From contig CAZMNN010000004.1 of NCBI GenBank assembly GCA_964567665.1, positions 21,660 to 85,659 of the forward strand: DNA of 64,000 nt, in the 5' to 3' direction. This document shows, in pieces, positions 30,901-37,958 of the stretch; within the stretch, counting starts at the first letter, position 1; every line of letters starts with the position of its first letter. This stretch comes from an uncultured Lentisphaeraceae bacterium (GTDB lineage Bacteria > Verrucomicrobiota > Kiritimatiellia > RFP12 > UBA1067). The notes under the pieces were generated by a model. That model worked only from the letters and a program-made list of their open reading frames with translations. It was not told where the DNA came from and did no database searches. The position numbers were made by a program, and so were the translations under genes.

Positions 30901-31561
30901 AACGTATCTTGACGGCGGGAAGGAGAGGACGGCTGTCGCAAGGGAATACAAGCGAATTGACGTAGTTGCGGCATCAGGTGCGGTGGAAGGGCCGTGGCGC
31001 GTCGCATTTCCGCACGGCTTCGCGCCCAACGCCCATGCGAAGGGCGCGGACGAAGCGCTTGTATTCGACAAGCTCATTTCATGGACTGAACGCCCGGAGC
31101 AGGGTGCAAGATATTTCTCCGGAACGGCAACGTACTCAAAGACGGTTGACGGCGTGAAGCGTCCTGTTGACGGCGGACGCCTCATCCTCGACCTTGGTGT
31201 TGTGAAGAACATCGCCGAGGTGACGGTGAACGGCAAGATGTATCCTGCGTTGTGGAAGCCGCCGTTCAGAATAGACATAACGGATGCCGTCGATGGCTCG
31301 GAAACAGTGCGGATGGAAATCAAGGTCACAAACCTGTGGCCAAACCGTCTCATCGGCGACGATTCAATGCCGTTGGACTGCGAGTGGATTGAGCGCCCGC
31401 ACTTCCGCAAGATTGAATGGGGCATAAAGGAGATTCCGGACTGGGTCAAGGAAGGAAGACGGTCTCCCACCGGGCGGCATACGTTCACGACATGGAAGCA
31501 CTGGTCGAAGGACGACGAACTGTTGCCGTCAGGCCTTTTAGGGCCAGTGACGATTCGCTGA
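27965..31561 (+). CDS. large secreted glycoside hydrolase-like protein (GH106/GH2-like family with a WWHWMNGN TIM-barrel N-terminus)
   Basis: Signal peptide, then PHTWWHWMNGNVTKEGITADLEAMAQIGLGGAQIFD, typical of a family of ~1100-aa Bacteroidota/PVC glycosidases. The exact GH family is uncertain. Ends ...PVTIR. Confidence 0.75.
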   Translation: MKKIPMTFIAIAATLAIANGMMAADSLERGFLDPPMSARPHTWWHWMNGNVTKEGITADLEAMAQIGLGGAQIFDAGCDVPPGPVRFNLPIWFDTMRFAVSEAKRLGLEIVHPNCSGWSSSGGPWIAPSNAMKSVVFTETAVKGPSKFSAKLRQPHSPRGYYRDFRVVAFRIPPAEVADREIVPCKISTPQTDSQKELANLTDRNLDTYVELERKEHDRHVFTVEYVRPVKASCVAYQLDGGENWGERAEIEVQISSDGKNWRDMGRRPVCISDAGAHTREHGWRFFPFESQIEASFLRVRLHFAKRDGYSKFRLGELGFARRMAVSALRGKTFDIRIPVAADAAPTTSDQVVPVGGTIDLTDRMAADGTFSWDVPEGEWCIMRIGYSAKGASAVCASDGGRGLECDKLSAAALDHHFESYFGRLCRELGDGLVGRDKPGLTGTLVDSYEVGTQNWTEGFENLFRKMAGYSIEPYLPVFAGRIVGSVEVTERFLWDYRTVLSRLFEENYSGALARKCRQYNLAFSLEPYGSCTSDDFLYGSHADIPMGEFWAPGGNGAGGRSRTAMLAASIAHIYGRKYIGMESFTSGPPWQGRWRKDPFGLKAIGDRIYGCGANRLIVHRFTHQPWAKDKYLPGMTMGRWGMHFDRSNTWWEHGGREWISYLTRTQYMLQEGVFCADILFCGAEETPAGFEDVENSFDGSIKAVESRHGFDLCSPAALPLLKVEDGMIVSPGGVRYRMLALPSHETMTPAMLREVGRLVEAGGTIVCERPPVRSPSLAGYPSVDGKVAASAAAIWEKGVMRQTPEKALKTLGIEPDFDCADEYALKQLLVYQHRRHGSADWYFVACANPDSPKTIECSFRVSDRIPEIWDAESRTVSDAKTWRVSGGRTFVSLPFSNSGALFIVFRRQRGEVSGATAPKPPSHLKVVKAEYGSFPGQVADVTQTVAAMVAGDRLNVFADNRLTGGSDPAKNKLKELRVTYLDGGKERTAVAREYKRIDVVAASGAVEGPWRVAFPHGFAPNAHAKGADEALVFDKLISWTERPEQGARYFSGTATYSKTVDGVKRPVDGGRLILDLGVVKNIAEVTVNGKMYPALWKPPFRIDITDAVDGSETVRMEIKVTNLWPNRLIGDDSMPLDCEWIERPHFRKIEWGIKEIPDWVKEGRRSPTGRHTFTTWKHWSKDDELLPSGLLGPVTIR

Positions 31562-31582
31562 TCTTGAGCGACGGCAGACGGT

Positions 31583-31610
31583 TCTGCATTTCAACTCGCA
31601 CTGTGCAGGA
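31583..31610 (+). promoter_or_regulatory. imperfect palindrome (TTCTGCA-N14-TGCAGGA): weak terminator after the GH gene or an operator upstream of nagB
   Basis: 7-bp stem with one G-U pair, then a TGTGTTTG run. Sits 26 bp upstream of the nagB -10. Confidence 0.3.
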
Positions 31611-31635
31611 TGTGTTTGCGGGTGAAAATGCAATT

Positions 31636-31644
31636 TGCTATAAT
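31636..31644 (+). promoter_or_regulatory. extended -10 promoter TGCTATAAT for nagB
   Basis: Ends 45 nt before the nagB ATG. An AAGGAGT RBS lies in the leader. Confidence 0.55.
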
Positions 31645-31689
31645 CCTCCGCAACGTTTTCAAACGAGACAATCCAATCAAGGAGTTCAG

Positions 31690-32442
31690 ATGAAAGTCTA
31701 CATAGGCAGGGACAAACTTGACATGGCGCAGAAGGCGGCTGACATGGCCGCCGACAAGATCCGCAAAGCCATATCCGAAAACGGCGAGGCCAGGATCATC
31801 GTCGCGACGGGCGCGAGCCAGTTCGAGTTTCTGGAGGCTCTTGTGAAGGAGCCTGGAATAGACTGGACGAAGGTGACAGGATTCCACCTTGATGAGTATG
31901 TCGGCATCCCTGTCACGCACAAGGCCTCGTTCCGCGGCTACATGCGTGAACGGCTTGTCGCCAGAACGCCGCATCCGATGAAGGTGTTCAACGAGGTCAA
32001 CGGTGAAGCCGTCGATCAGGATGCCGAGGTTGCGCGTCTTGAATCTCTCATCCGTGCAGCGCCAATAGACGTCGCCTGTGTGGGAATTGGCGAAAACGGT
32101 CATCTTGCGTTCAACGATCCGCCGGCCGATTTCGACACCAACCGCGCCTACAAGGTAGTGCCGCTTGACCAGAAGTGCCGTATGCAGCAGGTGGGCGAAG
32201 GATGGTTCCCGTCAATCGACGATGTGCCGACGCAGGCGTTCTCCATGACGATCAAGCAGATCATGTGGTCCAAATCGATTGTCTGCACCTGCCCCGATTC
32301 GCGAAAGGCCGATGCCGTAAAGGGCGCGGTTGAGGGGCCAATCACGAATATGCTTCCGAGTTCGATACTGCAGATGCACCCAGATTGCGGAATGTTCCTT
32401 GATCCTGCGTCGGCGGAGAAGCTTGCCGGATCATATTCGTGA
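31690..32442 (+). CDS. nagB: glucosamine-6-phosphate deaminase
   Basis: IIVATGASQFEFLEAL...GFHLDEYVGIP...VGIGENGHLAFNDP matches NagB/6-phosphogluconolactonase-family motifs. The longest ORF starts at 31417; ATG 31690 with an RBS is preferred. Confidence 0.9.
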   Translation: MKVYIGRDKLDMAQKAADMAADKIRKAISENGEARIIVATGASQFEFLEALVKEPGIDWTKVTGFHLDEYVGIPVTHKASFRGYMRERLVARTPHPMKVFNEVNGEAVDQDAEVARLESLIRAAPIDVACVGIGENGHLAFNDPPADFDTNRAYKVVPLDQKCRMQQVGEGWFPSIDDVPTQAFSMTIKQIMWSKSIVCTCPDSRKADAVKGAVEGPITNMLPSSILQMHPDCGMFLDPASAEKLAGSYS

Positions 32443-32529
32443 CTGTCGATAGACCGTATGGCACTTAAAAGGAGAATGTGTGTTGCGCCTATTGCTGAAC
32501 AGGATGGGATGTGATACACTTTTGCGCAT

Positions 32530-32766
32530 ATGAAACTCAAGAAACCAGATACGCCCGCAGATGATGTGCAGGCTTCGTCAACAGGTGGTGCGGTCATCGC
32601 CGCACGGTTCCAGCTCGATACCGATGCCCTTTCACAGAAGAAGGGGGCGGCGGTTGGCAAGACGTCCACCCTCATCGCGTTGATAGCGGCGGTTGTTGCG
32701 CTGGGGCTTATCGGCTTTGCGGCGTGGATGATGTATTCCGACTGGGCTGTCGCCGCCGTTTCCTGA
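32530..32766 (+). CDS. small C-terminally membrane-anchored protein (hypothetical)
   Basis: 78 aa with a single C-terminal TM helix. Weak support only. Confidence 0.3.
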   Translation: MKLKKPDTPADDVQASSTGGAVIAARFQLDTDALSQKKGAAVGKTSTLIALIAAVVALGLIGFAAWMMYSDWAVAAVS

Positions 32767-32773
32767 CGGGGGA

Positions 32774-33673
32774 TTGCGCATGATACGGGATGTAATGAGG
32801 TCGCCGCGCGCACGTGCGGCTGTCCGTCTTGCGCTTGACGAGGATCTCGCGAGCGTTGATCAGGTCAAGGGCGAGCCGTGGTGCGACGCCACTTCGGTTG
32901 CGCTTGTCGATCCGAAAGCGGTCGCCGTTGGAGAGATATACGCGAAGGGGAAAGGCTGCATTGTGGCCGGCGCAACTGTGGCTCGCGCCGTGTTGAAGGC
33001 GGTGGATCCCAAGATATCTGTCAAGATACTGAAGGCGGACGGCTCTGCGGTGAAGCCGGGCGAGCCGATACTGGTGTTCAAGGGCAAAGCGCGGTCGATA
33101 CTTGCGGCGGAGCGCACTGCGCTGAATTTCATGCAGCGGATGTGTGCGACAGCGACGCTGACGAGGGCGTTCGTGGATGCCGTGAAGCGCTATGGAACGC
33201 TGATTCTCGACACGCGCAAGACTACGCCCGGATTGAGGGTGTTCGAGAAATACGCTGTCACGTGCGGCGGCGGAACGAATCACCGCATGGGGATGTACGA
33301 CAGGGTGCTGATGAAGGACAACCACCGCAGACTCTGGCGCGGCGGCAATCCTGACGAGCTTGACAAGGCGGTTGAGGCCGCACGTGCCCGTTTCCCAAAA
33401 CTGGCCGTGGAGGTCGAGGTCGAATCCCTGCGCGAATGTGCGAGCGCTCTCAAGGCCAAGCCTGAGTGGATAATGCTCGACAACATGACCGTTGCGGACA
33501 TGAAGAAGTGCGTAAAGTTGTGCAAGGGGATTTCCAAGACAGAGGCGTCCGGCGGAATTACGCTTGACCGGGCGAAAGAGGTGGCCGCGACAGGCGTTAC
33601 GGCAATCTCCCTTGGATGTCTGACACATTCCGCCGGATCGGTGGATCTCTCGCTTGAATGGAAAAGCGTCTGA
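32774..33673 (+). CDS. nadC: nicotinate-nucleotide pyrophosphorylase (quinolinate phosphoribosyltransferase)
   Basis: AERTALNFMQRMCA...LDTRKTTPGLR...GGGTNHRMGMYD matches the NadC signature. Confidence 0.9.
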   Translation: MRMIRDVMRSPRARAAVRLALDEDLASVDQVKGEPWCDATSVALVDPKAVAVGEIYAKGKGCIVAGATVARAVLKAVDPKISVKILKADGSAVKPGEPILVFKGKARSILAAERTALNFMQRMCATATLTRAFVDAVKRYGTLILDTRKTTPGLRVFEKYAVTCGGGTNHRMGMYDRVLMKDNHRRLWRGGNPDELDKAVEAARARFPKLAVEVEVESLRECASALKAKPEWIMLDNMTVADMKKCVKLCKGISKTEASGGITLDRAKEVAATGVTAISLGCLTHSAGSVDLSLEWKSV

Positions 33674-34305
33674 TCTGGGACTGGAACGGGACGCTGCTTG
33701 ATGACGTCTCGGCGGCTGTAGGTGCGCTCAACAGGATGCTTCGTCTTCGAGGCGCATCCCCGATAACCGTTGAGCGTTACCGGCAGCGGTTCGGATTTCC
33801 GGTGCGTCCTTTCTACGCTGAACTTGGGGTAGATCTCGACAGGTGGGACTGGGACGCGATATGCGAGGATTTCCACAGGTTCATCCTTGAAGAGCCGCAG
33901 GCAATCCGTCCCAATGCCAGGGTGGCGCTTGAGGCGGCGGCTTCTTCGGGGTTTCGCCAGTGCGTTCTTTCCGCATTGCGTCAGGACAAGCTGAACGATG
34001 CCATCGTGTCCAACGCCCTCGGTGGATTTTTCGATTGCGTTTTCGGGGTGGACAATCTTGATGGTGCATCGAAGCTCCAGAGAGGCCGTGAACTGATGGC
34101 GCATCTTGGCTGCGATGCCGGGAACGTTGTTTTCATCGGCGATACGCTGCACGATGCCGAGGTGGCGCGTGAGCTTGGCGGACGCTGTGTGCTTGTCGGG
34201 TGCGGACACCAGATGCCGGACAGGCTTGCCGCTTCGGGGTGTCCAGTCGCCGCAGATCTTCTTGAGGCGGTTTCGCTCGCCGACCGCGCAATCCACATGC
34301 GATAA
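33658..34305 (+). CDS. HAD-superfamily hydrolase (phosphoglycolate-phosphatase-like)
   Basis: DWNGTLLDD motif I and the C-terminal GDTLHD motif. Overlaps the nadC 3' end by 16 nt. Confidence 0.75.
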   Translation: MEKRLIWDWNGTLLDDVSAAVGALNRMLRLRGASPITVERYRQRFGFPVRPFYAELGVDLDRWDWDAICEDFHRFILEEPQAIRPNARVALEAAASSGFRQCVLSALRQDKLNDAIVSNALGGFFDCVFGVDNLDGASKLQRGRELMAHLGCDAGNVVFIGDTLHDAEVARELGGRCVLVGCGHQMPDRLAASGCPVAADLLEAVSLADRAIHMR

Positions 34306-34336
34306 TGCAATCGCCGTGCGGTGAAGCGGCGAACTG

Positions 34337-34345
34337 TGGTAGAAT
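34337..34345 (+). promoter_or_regulatory. extended -10-like promoter TGGTAGAAT for deoA (leaderless)
   Basis: Ends 8 nt before the deoA ATG (34354). Confidence 0.45.
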
Positions 34346-34353
34346 ACTTCGCC

Positions 34354-35658
34354 ATGGAAACGCCAGTAAAGATTCTGCTCGACCGCAAGCGTGAGGGAAG
34401 GGAGCTTTCCGAAACGCAGATCCGTGAACTGATTGCCGCATACTCCAAGGGAGATGTGCCGGACTACCAGATGTCAGCGTTCGCGATGGCCGTGTGTTGC
34501 CGCGGAATGTCGTCATCCGAGATCCATGCGTTGACCGAGGCGATGCGCGATTCAGGCGAATGTCTTGACTGGTCGGAACTGTTGCGCCCCACGGCGGACA
34601 AGCACTCGACCGGGGGCGTTGGCGACAAGCTTTCGCTTGTGATTCAGCCGCTTGCCGCAAGCTGCGGAGTGGCCGTTCCGTCATTGACCGGGCGCGGACT
34701 TGGATTGACCGGCGGCACTGCGGACAAGCTTGAATCGATTCCCGGGTACAATGCTTCGCTTTCGCTTGTCGATTTCAGGCGTGTCGTCGCGGAGTGCGGC
34801 TGCTCCATGACAGTGCAGACATCCGAGATTGCGCCGGCGGACAAGCGTCTGTACGCGCTCCGGGACGTCACCGGGACAGTGCCGTCGATTCCGCTGATCG
34901 TTTCGTCGATACTTTCAAAGAAGCTTGCGGAAGGCGCCGGGACGCTTGTCTTTGATGTCAAGTGCGGCAAGGGGGCGTTCATGAAGTCGAGGGAGGACGC
35001 GGCGGCGCTTGCCGCCGCGCTTGTGGACGGTGCAAAGCGGGCGGGACGCAGGGCGGCTTCGCTTGTGACGTCCATGGATGAGCCGCTTGGGTTCGCCGTT
35101 GGGAATGCGCTTGAGGTCAAGGAGGCGATTGACGTCCTGAAAGGGATTGGGCGAGTGCCGTCCGACGTCGTGGAGCTGTCCATAGAGTTCGCCGCGATGA
35201 TGGTTTCGCTTTCCAAGGGATTCGACATCGAAAAGTCGCGCATCCGCTGCCGCGAGAATCTGTCAAACGGAAAGGCCTATGACGTATTTGCGAAGATGGT
35301 CTGCCTTCATGGCGGCGACCTTGCGCGTTTCGAGGACGAATATGCGCACGACGGCGGAGCACAGTCCGCAAGGCTGAAGGTCGAACGCGCCGGATACGTA
35401 AGCGCCATAGATGCCGAGCGCGTTGCACGGGTGGCGTTCATGCTTGGCGCAGGGCGCGGCAGAACGGACGACACGATTGATCCGGCTGCCGGTGTGCTTC
35501 TTGCCGTGACGCACGGCGACAGGGTGGAGCCGGGACAGAAAATCGCCACGCTGTTCGCGAAAGGGCGCAGTGCATTGCTGGATGACGCCGCAGCCGAGCT
35601 TGCGTCCGCATTTTCGTTCTCGACGGACATTCCGCCGGCGCGACGTCTCATCCTTTAG
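34354..35658 (+). CDS. deoA: thymidine/pyrimidine-nucleoside phosphorylase
   Basis: The N-terminus aligns with E. coli DeoA from residue 1 (METPVKILLDRKREGRELS versus MFLAQEIIRKKRDGHALS). HSTGGVGDK motif present. Confidence 0.9.
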   Translation: METPVKILLDRKREGRELSETQIRELIAAYSKGDVPDYQMSAFAMAVCCRGMSSSEIHALTEAMRDSGECLDWSELLRPTADKHSTGGVGDKLSLVIQPLAASCGVAVPSLTGRGLGLTGGTADKLESIPGYNASLSLVDFRRVVAECGCSMTVQTSEIAPADKRLYALRDVTGTVPSIPLIVSSILSKKLAEGAGTLVFDVKCGKGAFMKSREDAAALAAALVDGAKRAGRRAASLVTSMDEPLGFAVGNALEVKEAIDVLKGIGRVPSDVVELSIEFAAMMVSLSKGFDIEKSRIRCRENLSNGKAYDVFAKMVCLHGGDLARFEDEYAHDGGAQSARLKVERAGYVSAIDAERVARVAFMLGAGRGRTDDTIDPAAGVLLAVTHGDRVEPGQKIATLFAKGRSALLDDAAAELASAFSFSTDIPPARRLIL

Positions 35659-35772
35659 TCTGACGTTCGGCATCCATATCTTCGTCCCATGCGTTTTACA
35701 GTTTATGTAGCCGCGCATGGAACGTCTTTTCGCACAATGTGTACGGACGGCGCATTTTTGCCGCCGTGATGT

Positions 35773-35788
35773 TGGCATGGCTCTTGCT
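35773..35788 (+). promoter_or_regulatory. sigma-54 promoter (TGGCATG-N4-TTGCT) for glnN
   Basis: Near-consensus -24/-12 element. The predicted TSS is about 42 nt upstream of ATG 35841, with an AAAGGAGAA RBS in the leader. Confidence 0.65.
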
Positions 35789-35840
35789 TCATGTCCATGC
35801 GTGGAATGCGAAGGTCGCATTCGGCAAAAGGAGAACGAAG

Positions 35841-37943
35841 ATGATGGAAGAAGCGAAGAGAATGACCTCGTTCGGCGACGACGTGTTCGGCGACGAGGCG
35901 ATCCAGACGTATCTGTCGAAGGATGCCGCCAAGAAACTCCAGGCGACAATCCGCGACGGGAGGCCGCTCGACTCCTCAATCGCGGGAGAGGTCGCGCACG
36001 CCATGAGAAAATGGGCGATGGATCGCGGAGCGACGCACTACACGCACTGGTTTCTCCCGATGACTGGGGCTACGGCGGAAAAGCACGACTCGTTCCTTGA
36101 GTTGAAGAACGGTGAGCCGATAATGTCGTTTTCCGGCAAGAACCTGATTGTCGGCGAACCGGACGCATCGTCCTTCCCGTCGGGCGGCATCCGTTCAACG
36201 TTCGAGGCGCGGGGCTACACGGCATGGGATCCAACGTCTCCGGCGTTCATCAAACGTCACGGCAACGGTGCTACGCTCTGCATCCCGACGGCGTTCTGCG
36301 CCTACACCGGCGAAGCGCTCGACAAGAAGACGCCGCTTCTCAGATCCATGCAGGCGCTTGACCGCTCCATCAAACGGTTGATGAAGCTGTTCGGGCGTCC
36401 GGAGGCACATGTCGGATGTACGCTCGGTGCAGAGCAGGAGTATTTTCTCGTGGACAGGAAATACTGGGAGAGGCGTCCCGACCTCGTGATGACGGGCCGT
36501 ACGCTTTTCGGTGCGCCGTCCGCGAAAGGCCAGCAGCTTGAAGACCACTACTTCGGCGCGATCCCGCTGCGCATCCTTGATTTCATGAACGATGTGGAGA
36601 AGGAGCTGTGGAGGCTCGGCATCCCGGCGAAGACGCGTCACAATGAAGTCGCCCCGGCTCAGTTCGAGCTGGCGCCGCAGTTCGAGGAGCTGAATCTCGC
36701 CTGCGACCACAACATGCTTGTGATGGATACGCTGCGCAACGTCGCGGAGAGGCACGGCTTCAAATGCCTTCTGCATGAAAAGCCGTTCGCCGGCGTGAAC
36801 GGCTCCGGAAAGCACAACAACTGGTCTGTCAGCTACGGCGGCGTAAACCTGCTCGATCCCGGAAGCGACCCTGAGCAGAACGCAATCTTCCTCACGATGC
36901 TTTGCGCGGTGATCGAGGCCGTGGACAGCCACGCAGACCTTCTCCGTGCAGCCGTTGCGGGGGCCGGCAACGACCATCGTCTTGGCGCGAACGAGGCGCC
37001 GCCGGCGGTCATCTCCATATACCTTGGCGACCAGCTCGCCGAAGTGGTGGACTGCATCGAGAAGGGCGTGGCCGCAAAGTCGAAGAAGTCCGCAAAGCTC
37101 AGAATAGGAGCGGACGTACTTCCGCCGCTGCCGCGTGACGCGACCGACCGCAACCGCACGTCGCCGTTTGCGTTCACCGGAAACAAGTTCGAGTTCCGCG
37201 CCCCCGGATCGAGCGTGTGCTGCGCCGGCCCGATGATGGTGCTGAACACGATCGTTGCAGAGGCGGTGGATCATATGTCGGATGCGCTTGAGGCGAGCGG
37301 CACCACTGGCAAGGCGAAGCCGGGGGAGCATACCGAGGCGTTCCACAAGGCACTCCAGGAGATATTGCAGAGGACACTCGCCGCGCACAAGCGCGTGATA
37401 TTCAACGGCAACGGGTACGATGGCGAATGGATTGAGGAGGCGAAAAGGCGCGGATTGCCGAATGCGGCGAACACGCAAGAGGCTTTGACTGCGCTCGGCA
37501 GTGAGGAGAACGCTGCTCTGTTCGCGAAGTACGGCGTAATGTCGGCGCGCGAGCTGGCGTCGCGCCTTGAGATCTTCCGGGACGAATATGCCCAAAAGAT
37601 CAGGATTGAGGGCGTATGCGCACGAGACATCGCAAGCGAGATGATTCTGCCGTCAGTCAAGGCGGAGTATGCCGAAACCGTCAAGGCGTTTGCTCTTGCG
37701 GAAAAGGGCGGAATATCGAGCGGCACGGCGGCGCTCAGGGAGGACGCCGTTGAAATCGGTTCCGGACTTGATCAGCTCAAGTGCGGTCTCAAAAAGCTCG
37801 ACGGAGCGCTTGCCGCCGCAAGACCGGAGACCGTGCTTACGGCGATGACAGCGCTTCGCACAACGGTCGACAGGCTTGAGCACAGCGTCGCCGACGACAG
37901 ATGGCCGCTGCCGAAATACCGCGATATGCTGTTCAACTGCTGA
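35841..37943 (+). CDS. glnN: glutamine synthetase type III
   Basis: About 700 aa. N-terminal FGDDVFGDEAIQTYLSKDAAKKL...ATHYTHWFLPMTGATAEKHDSF is typical of GS-III. The start is placed downstream of the sigma-54 site; the longest ORF begins at 35739. Confidence 0.9.
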   Translation: MMEEAKRMTSFGDDVFGDEAIQTYLSKDAAKKLQATIRDGRPLDSSIAGEVAHAMRKWAMDRGATHYTHWFLPMTGATAEKHDSFLELKNGEPIMSFSGKNLIVGEPDASSFPSGGIRSTFEARGYTAWDPTSPAFIKRHGNGATLCIPTAFCAYTGEALDKKTPLLRSMQALDRSIKRLMKLFGRPEAHVGCTLGAEQEYFLVDRKYWERRPDLVMTGRTLFGAPSAKGQQLEDHYFGAIPLRILDFMNDVEKELWRLGIPAKTRHNEVAPAQFELAPQFEELNLACDHNMLVMDTLRNVAERHGFKCLLHEKPFAGVNGSGKHNNWSVSYGGVNLLDPGSDPEQNAIFLTMLCAVIEAVDSHADLLRAAVAGAGNDHRLGANEAPPAVISIYLGDQLAEVVDCIEKGVAAKSKKSAKLRIGADVLPPLPRDATDRNRTSPFAFTGNKFEFRAPGSSVCCAGPMMVLNTIVAEAVDHMSDALEASGTTGKAKPGEHTEAFHKALQEILQRTLAAHKRVIFNGNGYDGEWIEEAKRRGLPNAANTQEALTALGSEENAALFAKYGVMSARELASRLEIFRDEYAQKIRIEGVCARDIASEMILPSVKAEYAETVKAFALAEKGGISSGTAALREDAVEIGSGLDQLKCGLKKLDGALAAARPETVLTAMTALRTTVDRLEHSVADDRWPLPKYRDMLFNC

Positions 37944-37958
37944 TGCGGAACTTTCGGT

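Noticed and set aside
32443-32529. 11-codon mini-ORF with an AAGGAG RBS between nagB and the 78-aa ORF
   Set aside because: It is too short and unsupported and is probably a chance RBS-like purine run.
35659-35772. Possible NtrC-type enhancer half-sites (GCACAATGTGTAC) upstream of the glnN sigma-54 promoter
   Set aside because: Only one imperfect palindrome, which cannot be distinguished from chance without a second site or cross-genome comparison. It is mentioned under the sigma-54 finding, not called as a feature.
36195-37595. 466-aa minus-strand ORF opposite glnN
   Set aside because: The plus strand carries clear GS-III homology, and the sigma-54 promoter and RBS support the plus-strand gene.
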